Assembly (NCBI GenBank): GCA_963664325.2
Contig: CAXXDQ010000007.1
Span: 224,001 to 288,000, forward strand
Length of the DNA: 64,000 bases
Source of the DNA: Desulfomonilia bacterium
GTDB taxonomy: Bacteria > Desulfobacterota > Desulfomonilia > UBA1062
Direction: 5' to 3'
Part shown: one piece after another, positions 1 to 10,330 of the stretch
How the letters are laid out: every line of letters begins with the position of its first letter
How positions within the stretch are numbered: the first letter of the stretch is position 1
Notes under the pieces: generated by a model
What the model was told of the DNA's origin: nothing
The model's input: the letters and a program-made list of their open reading frames with translations, nothing else
Databases searched by the model: none
Made by a program: the position numbers and the translations under genes

Positions 1-2447
1 TGCATCCTGAAGAGTCTTTCAAGCGTCAGCTCCCTTACCCTGGCGAGCATATCGGCAAAGGCATCATAGCCTTCCCTCTGATACTCCCTCAAGGGGTTTT
101 TCTGGGCGTATCCTCTCAGTCCTATTCCTTCCTTCAAATGGTCCATTGAAAGCAGATGGTCTTTCCACAGCGTGTCAAGGGTTATGAGCATCACCTGGCG
201 TTCTACCATCCTCATTATTTCAGGCGTAAATATCTTTTCGCGTTCGTCATAAAGAGCGAGGAGTTCCTTTACAACAGTGTCAAGAAGGTCCTCCCTTACG
301 GTGGCCCTTGATTGCTCAAAGACCAGATCAAGGCCGAATGTGTTTTTAAGCCTTACTTTCAGTCCATCCATGTCAGAATCGTTGATATGGCCTTTTTTAA
401 CGATGTATTCCTCGACGATGTCCCTTGCCGTCTGATTTATCATATCCTCGACAGACGTCCTGAGATTCTCTTTGGAAAGTATCTTCCTGCGTTCCGAATA
501 GACAACCTCCCTCTGCTTGTTCATTACGTCGTCATATTCAAGGAGCTGTTTTCTTATTTCAAAGTTCCGGCCCTCGACCTTTTTCTGGGCGCTCTCGATG
601 CTTCTGTTTATGAGCGGATGGACGATCGGTTCGTCCTCCTTGACACCTAGCCTGTCCATTATGGAAGATATTCGTTCCGAACCGAATATCCTCAACAGGT
701 CATCTTCCAGGGAAAGATAAAATTTCGATTCACCGGGGTCTCCCTGGCGGCCGGAGCGGCCCCGAAGCTGATTGTCAATTCGCCTGCTTTCATGCCTTTC
801 GGTACCGAGAATGAAAAGCCCGCCGGCATTGACGACTTCATCATGCTCTTTTGCGCAGGATTCCCTTAACTTCCCAAGGATATCTTCATAGTCGCTGTCT
901 TCGGATTGCAGTGCCTTTTGTCTGGCCATGAATACGGGATTTCCGCCAAGCTGGATGTCGGTACCGCGGCCTGCCATATTTGTGGCTATTGTTATGGTCC
1001 CTTTTCTTCCCGCCTGGGCGACAATTTCGGCCTCCCTTTCGTGGTGCTTGGCGTTAAGGACATTGTGAGGCAGATTCTTGCGTTTTAAAAACTTTGAAAC
1101 CTTCTCGGAATTTTCTATTGAAATTGTGCCCACAAGAACAGGCTGCCCCTTTTTGTAGCAATCCTCAATCTGTCTGACAACGGCATTGTATTTTTCCTTC
1201 TCTGTCTTGTAGATAAGATCATTCTGGTCTATTCTTACCATCTGCATATTAGTGGGGATGACATTCACGTCAAGGTTATATATTTTTTTGAATTCCAGGG
1301 CTTCGGTCTCTGCCGTGCCCGTCATTCCGGCAAGCTTTTCGTACATCCTGAAATAATTCTGGAATGTGATCGAGGCGAGCGTCTGGTTTTCGCTTGCGAC
1401 ATTGACGCCTTCCTTTGCCTCAAGTGCCTGGTGCAGCCCTTCCGAATAACGCCTCCCGGGCATAAGGCGGCCGGTAAATTCGTCCACTATGAGCACTTCA
1501 CCATCCTTAACGACGTAATCGACATCCCTGTTGAAGAGAGTGTGGGCCCTGAGCGCCTGGTTAAGGTGGTGCACGGTCTGGAACTCGCCGGGATCGTAAA
1601 GATTTTCCTTGCTCATGAATTTCTGGATATATTCAACGCCCTCGTCTGTTAGCGTAACCGTCCTGGCCTTTTCATCAAGATTGATGAGGCTCTCTTTATT
1701 GTCGCGTTTGAGCAGGGATACTATCGCTGCATTTGCTTCATAATACATTGTGGTAGATTCTTCTGACGGACCCGAGATAATAAGCGGTGTCCTGGCCTCA
1801 TCAATGAGGATCGAGTCGACCTCATCGACGATTGCATAGAAAAAATCACGCTGGACATAGTCATCAAGCGTGAATTTCATGTTGTCCCTGAGAAAATCAA
1901 AACCGAATTCATTGTTTGTACCGTAGGTGATGTCAGAAAAATATGCCTCACGGCGCTGGATGTCGTCTAAACCATGAACAATCACGCCGACCGACATACC
2001 CAGGAACTTGTATATCGCGCCCATCCACTCCGCATCACGCCTTGCAAGATAGTCGTTGACCGTTACAACATGTGTGCCCTTGCCGGCAAGAGCATTCAGG
2101 TATACAGGCATTGTCGCAACAAGCGTTTTACCTTCACCCGTTTTCATTTCGGCGATTCTGCCTTCATGAAGAACAAGGCCGCCCAGTATCTGCACATCGA
2201 ACGGGCGCATCTTGAGGGTTCTTTTAGAGACTTCCCTTACAACAGCAAAGGCATCGGGAAGAATATCATTCAGCCTGGCTCCCATTTCGAGCTTTTCTTT
2301 TAATGCCGGGGTCGTCCCCTTGAGGCCGGCATCATCCATGGCCGAGTATTTCTTTTCAAGGGAGTTCACCTGATCAAGCAGGGGTTTTATGCGTTTTATT
2401 TCCCTATCATTGCTGCTTCCGAATATTTTTATAAGCCAGTTAATCAT
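1..2447 (-). CDS. secA: Preprotein translocase ATPase SecA (3' end runs off the window)
   Basis: Not in the ORF track because there is no stop in the window. Manual translation from ATG at 2447 gives [22 protein letters not shown], then [30 protein letters not shown] and [17 protein letters not shown], all SecA signature motifs. Confidence 0.97.
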   Translation of the reverse strand, partial: MINWLIKIFGSSNDREIKRIKPLLDQVNSLEKKYSAMDDAGLKGTTPALKEKLEMGARLNDILPDAFAVVREVSKRTLKMRPFDVQILGGLVLHEGRIAEMKTGEGKTLVATMPVYLNALAGKGTHVVTVNDYLARRDAEWMGAIYKFLGMSVGVIVHGLDDIQRREAYFSDITYGTNNEFGFDFLRDNMKFTLDDYVQRDFFYAIVDEVDSILIDEARTPLIISGPSEESTTMYYEANAAIVSLLKRDNKESLINLDEKARTVTLTDEGVEYIQKFMSKENLYDPGEFQTVHHLNQALRAHTLFNRDVDYVVKDGEVLIVDEFTGRLMPGRRYSEGLHQALEAKEGVNVASENQTLASITFQNYFRMYEKLAGMTGTAETEALEFKKIYNLDVNVIPTNMQMVRIDQNDLIYKTEKEKYNAVVRQIEDCYKKGQPVLVGTISIENSEKVSKFLKRKNLPHNVLNAKHHEREAEIVAQAGRKGTITIATNMAGRGTDIQLGGNPVFMARQKALQSEDSDYEDILGKLRESCAKEHDEVVNAGGLFILGTERHESRRIDNQLRGRSGRQGDPGESKFYLSLEDDLLRIFGSERISSIMDRLGVKEDEPIVHPLINRSIESAQKKVEGRNFEIRKQLLEYDDVMNKQREVVYSERRKILSKENLRTSVEDMINQTARDIVEEYIVKKGHINDSDMDGLKVRLKNTFGLDLVFEQSRATVREDLLDTVVKELLALYDEREKIFTPEIMRMVERQVMLITLDTLWKDHLLSMDHLKEGIGLRGYAQKNPLREYQREGYDAFADMLARVRELTLERLFRM

Positions 2448-2469
2448 TCTTTATCACCCGTTATAAATA

Positions 2470-3807
2470 TTATTGGGAACTTATGTCCATTTCATCAATC
2501 AGGATCGAAGGGGTCTGGACGCTGCCGAAGCTCCTTACGTCATCACCTACATGAACGACATGTCCAAGCATTGAAAAGAGGTTTCCTGCGATCGCAGCTT
2601 CTCTGACCGGATATGCTTCAACCCCATTTTCAATCAGCATCCCGTTCACACCGACGGAAAATTCACCTGAAATCGGATCTACCGTATGCATCCCCATTAT
2701 ATCTGTCACTTTCAATATCTGCTTGAGGCCATTAAGTACCCCCGCCATACTGCTTCCGGGCTCAAGCTTCAGATGCCTGACGCTCAGTACCGGAGAAGAT
2801 CTGTATGAACCCCTTATTGAATTTCCGGTTGAAGACCTGCCTGCAACTTTCCCCCAGTAGCTGTCGTATACGAATGAAGCAACCCTGCCCTTTTCAATCA
2901 GGACATTTCTCCTTGAGGCAACACCCTCCCCATCAAAGGCGAAGCTGTTGATGGAATTCTTTTCAAGAGGATCATCCAGCAGTGTGATGCAGGGAGAAAA
3001 ATAAACTTCCCCCAGCCTTTCTTTTAAAAGCGACTTGCCCTTTATGATATTTTCCCCGACAAAAGACCCGGATATGGTCTCAAGGATATCGGCGGTCGTT
3101 ACATTATCGAACAGAACTGGCATTTTGCACGTAACGATATGTCTTGCCCCGAGCATGGACACGGCATTTTTGGAGGCGGTCAGGCCTGTTTTTTCAAGCT
3201 CAATGTCCTTCAGGTTGTGGCTTATGGAAAAATCATATCCGGACTGCATTTCTTCGCCGCTGCCTGCCATGACCATAACTGATGCGGAACAATAGGTGGC
3301 TTTCCCCGTAACATCAATCCCGGCGGAGTTAACAATTCTAACATATGCCAGTGTCCTGGCAAATGTGGCTTTTCTGACTTGCCTGACGCGTTTATCAAAT
3401 GTAAGCGCCGAGCTTTCAACTGCTTTTGCTTTTTCAAGGCATTCCTCTGCAGAAAGTTTTTCTATATCATTGTCAAATATATCTGCTTGTCGGTATTCAC
3501 CTTCCGGTACAGGTATTATGTTGTATTCATCGGCAAACTGGTATCTAGCAGATTTCATGGCTGATTCGATAAGAGACTTATCTGCATCTTTTCCATAGGC
3601 AAAACCCATCGAGCCTTCGGCAAGGATTCTTACGGATATCCCTGACTCCGTTGCCCTTTCAAGGTTTTTCATTTCACGTTCTTCTGCTTCGGCCCTGATT
3701 ATATCACCTGAAGACGCAAAGACTTCGTAGCTGTTAATTCCCTTGCTTTTCAGCAGGGACAATGCCCTTCCTATTTTTTCGTCAAGCACGCTAAGCAAAT
3801 TGATCAC
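2470..3807 (-). CDS. TldD/PmbA family protein (PmbA/TldE-like)
   Basis: 445 aa with FDGEG, STGN and SGEFS motifs and the C-terminal TPSILI motif of the family; no HExxxH, so PmbA-like. Confidence 0.88.
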   Translation of the reverse strand: MINLLSVLDEKIGRALSLLKSKGINSYEVFASSGDIIRAEAEEREMKNLERATESGISVRILAEGSMGFAYGKDADKSLIESAMKSARYQFADEYNIIPVPEGEYRQADIFDNDIEKLSAEECLEKAKAVESSALTFDKRVRQVRKATFARTLAYVRIVNSAGIDVTGKATYCSASVMVMAGSGEEMQSGYDFSISHNLKDIELEKTGLTASKNAVSMLGARHIVTCKMPVLFDNVTTADILETISGSFVGENIIKGKSLLKERLGEVYFSPCITLLDDPLEKNSINSFAFDGEGVASRRNVLIEKGRVASFVYDSYWGKVAGRSSTGNSIRGSYRSSPVLSVRHLKLEPGSSMAGVLNGLKQILKVTDIMGMHTVDPISGEFSVGVNGMLIENGVEAYPVREAAIAGNLFSMLGHVVHVGDDVRSFGSVQTPSILIDEMDISSQ

Positions 3808-3811
3808 CCCG

Positions 3812-4267
3812 TCAGATGGTATATATCATGGCCGTTTCATCGCAGTCGGGAAAATGCGGACAATGTATGCAGTCGGCCCATATTTTGTTCGGGAGCTTCG
3901 ATTTATCGACATTTTTAAACCCGGCTTTTCTGAAAAAACCCTCCTTGTATGTCAATGTGAATACCTTTTTCAGACCAAGTTCTTTCGCCTCATTTAGGCA
4001 TTTTTCGACAAGCTCCAGTCCATATCCCCTTCCCTGCATATCCTTTCTGACGGCCAGTGTCCTTATTTCACCGATATCGTCCCAGGATACCTGTACCGCG
4101 GAACACCCGATGAACAGGCCGCCATCGTCCGTCATTATCCAGAAATCCCTTATCGATGTATAAAGCGCATGAAGGGACTTGGGCAGGATAAGCCCCTCTT
4201 TGACAAATGGTTCTATCAGTTTCTTGATTTCTGTAACATCAGCAACAACGGCTTTTCTAATCATCAT
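3812..4267 (-). CDS. GNAT N-acetyltransferase, short ArgA (N-acetylglutamate synthase)-like
   Basis: EIRTLAV..QGRGYG acetyl-CoA motif and C-terminal KIWADCIHCPHFPDCDE typical of this subfamily. Confidence 0.82.
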   Translation of the reverse strand: MMIRKAVVADVTEIKKLIEPFVKEGLILPKSLHALYTSIRDFWIMTDDGGLFIGCSAVQVSWDDIGEIRTLAVRKDMQGRGYGLELVEKCLNEAKELGLKKVFTLTYKEGFFRKAGFKNVDKSKLPNKIWADCIHCPHFPDCDETAMIYTI

Positions 4268-4433
4268 TTACCCGGCATAACATAATAAATAAAAAGTTTT
4301 AAGTTATAAGTTTTTTAGGAAAGCGGCAATCTTCAGACAGTATGAAGCCATAAGCGGATTAAGAAAAAAACAACTCAATTAACTTTCACACGTGGTTTCC
4401 ATACCGAAAGAATATCATATTCCTGTTAAGCTG

Positions 4434-6074
4434 TTATTTTGAATTTTTAACCAGTTTCCTTGCATGTTTTATCAGGGCTTCACCGGGGGTTTCACCGCCC
4501 ATCATTCTTGCCAGTTCAGCCACCCTCTTCTCTCCCTTAACTGTTTTAACCGAAGAAAATGTTTTGCCACCCAATATATTTTTTTCCACCACAAGATGCA
4601 CATCTGCTGCAGAAGCGACCTGATGCAGATGAGTTACAATTATTGCCTGGGATTTCTCGGATATGTTTTTAAGCTTATCTGCAATCATTATGGCAGCCTG
4701 TCCTCCAATACCAGCATCTATCTCATCAAATATCATGGATCCATCGAGACCTTTTCTCTGTCTTGCCTTTATGGCGAGCATAATCCTGCTGAGCTCTCCT
4801 CCTGAGGCAGCACGGGCAAGCGGGATCATATCAAGACCGACATTGGTTGAAACCATGAATTCCCCATCAAGAAGTTGTCCCGGTGAAAGAGCATGTACTT
4901 CATTTCTGGAAAAGATTTCACTGAGTTCTTGATGGGTGATCTGACTGACCTTGAAAATAGTCCCGGGCATGCCCAGATCTTCAAGGTCCCTGTTTATGCT
5001 CTTCGAAAACGCATCTGCAACAGAGAGCCTTTTCAGAAGAAAGGCCTCAATATCAGTCCGGTAGTCCTGAAGCCCGTTTTTGAGTGATTGCATCGCTTCT
5101 TCAACTGCCTGTGATGAATCTTCTATCAATGCCAGCTCTTCTTTTGCCTTGTCTTTTATCATGACAAGGCCTGCCTCATCGGTCCGGTACTTTCTTTTAA
5201 GATCGGACAGCATGTGAAGCCTTGCCTCAAGCTCTTCAATTCTGGCCCGGTCAAATTCATATTCCCGCGACAGGTTTAAAAGCCCCTGTGCCATGTCCTC
5301 AACCTCAACTGAAATGGCCGTAATGCCGGTTAGTACAGAGGAAATACGTTTATCGTGTGACATCATTTTTGAAAGTATGCCCTTAACATCTGACAGGATG
5401 TCTGTAATGGAATGGCTGTCAGAATAAAGCATACCGTTCAGTCTGAGGGAAGATTCCTGAAGCTCTTGAGCCGATAATGCAACTTCAAGATCGGTTTTAA
5501 GTTCTGTTTCAAGGTTTTCATGGATTTCAGCAGCTTCTATTTCCAGGACCGTATGCTCGAGGTTCGCGCGTTCAGAGGTGGCGGTTTCTATAAGCTTATG
5601 CCTTTGAACAAGCTTTTCGTTCAAGACCTTAAGCCGTTCATAATTCTCAAATATATTCTGCCTGGAAAGGGAAAAGATATCCTCAAGAATGCGCATCTGC
5701 TCCCTTGGCGACAGCAGATCCTGGTATTCATGCTGGCCGTAAATATGAATCAACCCGGAAGAGATCTGGCCAAGTTTATCAAGAGTTGACAGTTCACCAT
5801 TTATAAAGCAACGGCTTCTTCCTGAGGCTGGAATCTCTCTGCGCAGAACCGTTTCAATACCGTCGTCATGTATGAGCGCCTCGATTATCGCTTTATCTCG
5901 GCCTGTCCTTACCAGATCAGTGGATGTTCTGGCCCCCATGAGAAATGTCAGTGCATTTATTATAAGTGATTTACCTGCACCTGTTTCTCCTGTGATGCAG
6001 TTGAGACCTTCTCCAAATTCGATTTCAGTTTCATCAAAGACTGCAAGAGATGAAATCTTGAGAAGTTCAATCAT
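4434..6074 (-). CDS. recN: DNA repair protein RecN
   Basis: Walker A GETGAGKS, ASGGELSR signature, FDEIDAGIGG Walker B, THLHQVA. Start placed at ATG 6074, overlapping the nadK stop. Confidence 0.95.
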   Translation of the reverse strand: MIELLKISSLAVFDETEIEFGEGLNCITGETGAGKSLIINALTFLMGARTSTDLVRTGRDKAIIEALIHDDGIETVLRREIPASGRSRCFINGELSTLDKLGQISSGLIHIYGQHEYQDLLSPREQMRILEDIFSLSRQNIFENYERLKVLNEKLVQRHKLIETATSERANLEHTVLEIEAAEIHENLETELKTDLEVALSAQELQESSLRLNGMLYSDSHSITDILSDVKGILSKMMSHDKRISSVLTGITAISVEVEDMAQGLLNLSREYEFDRARIEELEARLHMLSDLKRKYRTDEAGLVMIKDKAKEELALIEDSSQAVEEAMQSLKNGLQDYRTDIEAFLLKRLSVADAFSKSINRDLEDLGMPGTIFKVSQITHQELSEIFSRNEVHALSPGQLLDGEFMVSTNVGLDMIPLARAASGGELSRIMLAIKARQRKGLDGSMIFDEIDAGIGGQAAIMIADKLKNISEKSQAIIVTHLHQVASAADVHLVVEKNILGGKTFSSVKTVKGEKRVAELARMMGGETPGEALIKHARKLVKNSK

Positions 6075-6919
6075 CTTTCCTGCCATTTAAGCTTGGTTCT
6101 CAGCACCTGAAAGAAATCCCTGTCGGGAAGCCTTAAAAAAATTGCCTTTTCTTTTGCACATTTGACGTTCACCCGGTCGCCCATCATAAGCGGCATGCCT
6201 TTCTGGCCGTCAAGCGTCAGGTAAACGCTCCCCGATTCTTTCTTGGGATTTACAATGAGTGTAACCTCCTGATCGACAGGCAGTACAATACTCCTGTTTG
6301 AAAGGACATGGGGACATATAGGGGTCAGTATTATAGAATCGACTTTGGGATGTATTATGGGTCCGTTTGCAGCCAGATTGTAAGCAGTCGAACCTGTAGG
6401 GGTTGATACAATGAGACCGTCAGCCCTGAAACACGTTATGAATGTTGAATCCGCCCACACCTCCAGGTCAAATATCCGGGCAAGAGCACCCTTATTCAGT
6501 ACCACATCATTCACCACGTTTTGCCTTATTATCTCTTCTTTTCCCCTTAACAGGCTGGCCTCAAGCATTATCCTTTCATCCCTGATGCATTCGCCTTTAA
6601 GGGCGGCATCAATTGCCTCGTATGCCCTTTCTTCTGTGACTTCGGTTAGAAAGCCAAGGAATCCCATATGTATACCGAGTATGGGAATTTCCTTGGGAAG
6701 AGACATCCTGATAGCCCTTAAAAGAGTGCCGTCTCCCCCGATTACGACCATTATATCAGCGCCTGTCCAGACATTTTTTGTTTTAGGTTTATCCATGTAG
6801 TCTGCAATATGGTCTTCATAAAGGCAGGGGATTTTTCTGATCATCAACCACTCTGTAACTTTGGCAGCCTGCCAGAGCGCATGGGAATTATCTTCTTTGC
6901 ATATGATACCTATCTTCAT
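6071..6919 (-). CDS. nadK: NAD kinase
   Basis: GGDGT, ND, and STPTGSTAY..AANGP motifs; conserved adjacency to recN. Confidence 0.95.
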   Translation of the reverse strand: MKIGIICKEDNSHALWQAAKVTEWLMIRKIPCLYEDHIADYMDKPKTKNVWTGADIMVVIGGDGTLLRAIRMSLPKEIPILGIHMGFLGFLTEVTEERAYEAIDAALKGECIRDERIMLEASLLRGKEEIIRQNVVNDVVLNKGALARIFDLEVWADSTFITCFRADGLIVSTPTGSTAYNLAANGPIIHPKVDSIILTPICPHVLSNRSIVLPVDQEVTLIVNPKKESGSVYLTLDGQKGMPLMMGDRVNVKCAKEKAIFLRLPDRDFFQVLRTKLKWQER

Positions 6920-6960
6920 TTATGGATAATATACATTTCGCTGAAATAAATATCCAGATT

Positions 6961-6999
6961 GAAAAAGAAAAATCCCGGCATGTTAAATATCAGGATTTG
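6961..6999 (-). terminator. Putative intrinsic terminator between rlmD and nadK
   Basis: Minus strand reads AATCCTG-loop-CGGGATT followed by TTTCTTTTTC; the stem is weak. Confidence 0.35.
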
Positions 7000-7293
7000 T
7001 ATTCCAACAGATTTGAACCGGTTTCTTTTACGGATTTGCCTATATTAGATTTAAATCAGGCAATGGTTGTAAGGTGAGATATTTTATAAAGTCAGACGGC
7101 GCTTTTTCTTTATGGTGGGTGAAAACAGTTGTGCCTTGATTCGACATTTGGAATCCTTCACATGGTTATTTCAGAGAACTTTCCGCGGCAAGAAAAGCTA
7201 TCACGTTTAGTGAGTTGAAGTTTCCGCTCTACTCGAAATTATAAAAAGACGTTGACATGTCTGATGGGTAAAAACACCTATTCCTTGTTATTG

Positions 7294-8580
7294 TTATCCA
7301 TGCTCCAAGCAGGCAACTGTTTCGATATGATATGTTTGTGGGAACATATCGAACATTTTCAGCGTTTTCAGCAAATAGCCGCTATTCTGTAAAACCTGTA
7401 AATCTCTTGCAAGAGTGGATATATTACATGAAACATAAACAATCTTCTCCGGGTTCAATCTGTCAATGCCATATAGCAAGTTTGCGGCACCTGTCCTTGG
7501 CGGATCCATAATTACCGCATCATATTTTGTTTTCCGGATTGTCAATGAATCCATGCTGCTGCTTATATCAGATGTTATTACGTGCACATTTTCCAGGCCG
7601 TTAATAATAGCGTTTTTTAAAACAAATCCAGTAAGCCTGCTGTCATGATCTATCCCGGTGACTTCTTTGCAAACAGAAGCCAGGGGAACCGTGAAATTTC
7701 CGCAGCCGCAATAGAGATCAAGAACCTTTTCAGATCCTTTCACATAGTCAATTACATGTTTGACCATCAACTGGTTTACATAAAGGTTTGTCTGGATAAA
7801 TCCACCGAGTCTCCCCGTTATGATGAAGTCTCTTTCAAATGTTTCTATCTTGTAAATAAAACATTCGTCACCGATGTTTTCCTGGATGTGTGATGCCGGA
7901 TTTATAATTACCGCACCAGATATATTCAAATCCTTACACATGCTTGAAATTTCAATTGCCATTCTATTGTCTGTCTTTTGCATTGAATGAACAATAATCT
8001 GTGCGCCATTTCCAAGAGCAAACAATTCACATCCTGCAAGTTTGTTCCGAAACGAAAGTTTAAATATGTTTTTTATTAAAATGGGCAATATGTCTCTTAT
8101 TTTTCGTTCTGCAATCGGGCAATCATTGATTTGAACGATATTGTTTGTTTTCTTCATATAGAATCCGGCTGAAGATCCGGTGCATTGAAGGTGTATGTGA
8201 TTCCTGTATTCATACTCTTTAGGTGAACTTTCAGGCGGATAACATTCGGTATGCTCTTCTGATATTATCTTTCTCAGATGGTTTTTCATGATTGTTTCTT
8301 TCCATTTTATCTGTTCGGAATACTGTATGTGTTGCCAGTCGCATCCGCCGCATGACTTGAAATTACCACATATTGGCTCAATCCTGTATGGGGAAGCCTT
8401 TATTATTTCTTCGGGTACAGCTTCAAGGTATGAAGCATGTTTTTTTACTATTTTTGCATTTACGGTTTCACCGGGTATGACATGAGAAACAAAAACAGCC
8501 AGACCTTCATCTGTTCTTGATACCCCCCTGCCCCCATAGGAAAGACTGTTGATGTCAAGTTTCAAAATATCCTTAAGCAT
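7294..8580 (-). CDS. rlmD: 23S rRNA (uracil-5)-methyltransferase RlmD/TrmA family
   Basis: TRAM domain, C-x5-CGGC Fe-S motif, DLYCGCG, DPPRTG, YVSCN, DMFPQTYHIE. Start taken at ATG 8580 because the longer ORF overlaps dedA. Confidence 0.9.
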   Translation of the reverse strand: MLKDILKLDINSLSYGGRGVSRTDEGLAVFVSHVIPGETVNAKIVKKHASYLEAVPEEIIKASPYRIEPICGNFKSCGGCDWQHIQYSEQIKWKETIMKNHLRKIISEEHTECYPPESSPKEYEYRNHIHLQCTGSSAGFYMKKTNNIVQINDCPIAERKIRDILPILIKNIFKLSFRNKLAGCELFALGNGAQIIVHSMQKTDNRMAIEISSMCKDLNISGAVIINPASHIQENIGDECFIYKIETFERDFIITGRLGGFIQTNLYVNQLMVKHVIDYVKGSEKVLDLYCGCGNFTVPLASVCKEVTGIDHDSRLTGFVLKNAIINGLENVHVITSDISSSMDSLTIRKTKYDAVIMDPPRTGAANLLYGIDRLNPEKIVYVSCNISTLARDLQVLQNSGYLLKTLKMFDMFPQTYHIETVACLEHG

Positions 8581-8664
8581 TATTTTTTTGTAACAATTCA
8601 AGACATTACTTGCAACGTAAATACCTTTGCAGATATATCGAGAAAAAATATTATGGAGAACTAA

Positions 8665-9321
8665 ATGGAACTGATAATGCACTTTATAGATATTTTTCTT
8701 CATCTTGATATATACTTGGCTGATGTGATGCGTGATTACCGGACATGGACATATCTGCTGCTTTTTATCGTTATATTTTGCGAAACAGGATTAGTCGTAA
8801 CTCCAATTCTTCCAGGGGATTCCCTTTTATTTGCCGGGGGTGCATTGTCTGCTTTGCCAAACAGTCCGCTTTCTCATATCAATCTTTTCGTTTTACTGGC
8901 TTTTGCAGCCATTTGCGGGGATAATACCAATTACTGGATTGGAAGATGGATAGGCCCCAAGGCTTTTCATTTTAAGAAATCTCGTTTTTTTAATCCGGTT
9001 TATCTTCAGAAGACACATGCATTTTATGAAAAACATGGTGGCAAGACAATAATCCTTGCCAGGTTCATGCCTATTATTCGGACGTTTGCGCCTTTTGTGG
9101 CAGGCGTTGGGACCATGAAATACGCAAAATTTTTGTTTTTCAGTATTACTGGTGGCATTTCGTGGATGTTCACTTTTATTTTTGCCGGATACTATTTTGG
9201 AAATATTCCTGTTGTCAAAAAGAACTTCACACTTGTTGTCATGGCAATAATCATCATATCGGTAATGCCGGCAATGATTGGTGGATATAAGAGCTGGCGT
9301 GCTGGAGGAAATGTAAATTAA
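8665..9321 (+). CDS. dedA: DedA family membrane protein
   Basis: FCETGLVVTPILPGDSLLF and ARFMPIIRTFAPFVAG motifs. Confidence 0.93.
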   Translation: MELIMHFIDIFLHLDIYLADVMRDYRTWTYLLLFIVIFCETGLVVTPILPGDSLLFAGGALSALPNSPLSHINLFVLLAFAAICGDNTNYWIGRWIGPKAFHFKKSRFFNPVYLQKTHAFYEKHGGKTIILARFMPIIRTFAPFVAGVGTMKYAKFLFFSITGGISWMFTFIFAGYYFGNIPVVKKNFTLVVMAIIIISVMPAMIGGYKSWRAGGNVN

Positions 9322-9472
9322 GTTCATATTTTTGAAGTAATATCCAACATGAAATTATTAAGGTGATTTCGATATTGTGAAATATAGTTAAATTATCATT
9401 ATTTCAATTATACCATAACTTCCTAATATTACTTTCAATACAACAATTATTTGAATGATAAAAAAAATAACA

Positions 9473-9501
9473 TTGACAATGTGTATTTTGTGGGCTAACA
9501 T
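9473..9501 (+). promoter_or_regulatory. Putative sigma70 promoter for the sigma factor gene
   Basis: TTGACA (9473-9478), 17 bp spacer, TAACAT (9496-9501), A-tract upstream; SD GGAGGG before ATG 9549. Confidence 0.6.
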
Positions 9502-9548
9502 TGTAATACAATATAACATTTCATAATTATACTGAGGAAGGAGGGTCT

Positions 9549-10307
9549 ATGGGGGGCAGGTGTTCTTCTTCAGATTTGGAGATTTACACAAGGAGGATCA
9601 AAGATTATCCGATTCTTTCAAGAGAAGAGGAAATTGAACTGGCGAGAAAATATAAGGAAGGCAACGAAGAAGCCGGTAAAAAGATCGTAACTTCAAATCT
9701 GAGATTTGTCATGAAAGTCAGTCAGTCATATTTTCATCTGGGTTACCGTCCGCTAGAAATCATTCAGGAAGGCAATATGGGATTGGTGAAGGCAATTACC
9801 AGGTTTGATCCTGACAAAGGTGTGCGTTTCATATGTTATGCGATATGGTGGATAAAGGCATACATCAAGAACTATATCTATAAAAGTTACCAAGCGCACA
9901 CAGGTGTCCTTTCACATGCAAAAGGTCTTGTTTCTCTTGATTGCAGCCTTTCACGGGATCCCGATGAAGATGATAAGCTCCTGGATCACATGCTCGATGA
10001 AACCCCTGACCAGGAAAATGCATATGTTTGCAAGGAGCGCCAGACGTTTTTAATGAACATAATTTCTTCCGAACCGCAGGTGTTGTCAAACAGGGAAATA
10101 TTCATTCTGAAAGAACGGTTTTTCGCTGATCCCCCTGCAACTCTAAAAGATATCGCCTCAAGGATTGGAGTTACCAGGGAGAGAGTCAGACAGATAGAAG
10201 CCCGATCTCTTCAGAGAATTAGAAACGTTATTGAAACAAAACATGCTATGCTCTTTGATGACATTATCGACAGTACAACATTAAAAATGAAACGCAGAAG
10301 GGTATAA
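9549..10307 (+). CDS. Sigma-70 family sigma factor, RpoH/RpoD-like, shortened
   Basis: Region 1.2 (LSREEEIELA), region 2 (NLRFV, IQEGNMGLVKA..RFDP, YAIWWIKA) and region 4 HTH (TLKDIA..GVTRERVRQIE). Confidence 0.88.
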   Translation: MGGRCSSSDLEIYTRRIKDYPILSREEEIELARKYKEGNEEAGKKIVTSNLRFVMKVSQSYFHLGYRPLEIIQEGNMGLVKAITRFDPDKGVRFICYAIWWIKAYIKNYIYKSYQAHTGVLSHAKGLVSLDCSLSRDPDEDDKLLDHMLDETPDQENAYVCKERQTFLMNIISSEPQVLSNREIFILKERFFADPPATLKDIASRIGVTRERVRQIEARSLQRIRNVIETKHAMLFDDIIDSTTLKMKRRRV

Positions 10308-10330
10308 TATAGAAATAGCTGATTCGTTTC

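Noticed and set aside
312-2303. Several plus-strand ORFs of 60-112 aa
   Set aside because: They are antisense shadows of secA, which occupies the minus strand.
7005-7050. GGCAAA...GAAA on the minus strand resembling a c-di-GMP-I riboswitch
   Set aside because: The conserved GACGCAAAG element and second hairpin are missing.
8581-8703. N-terminal extension of rlmD in the ORF track
   Set aside because: It overlaps the divergent dedA start; the TRAM domain begins at ATG 8580.
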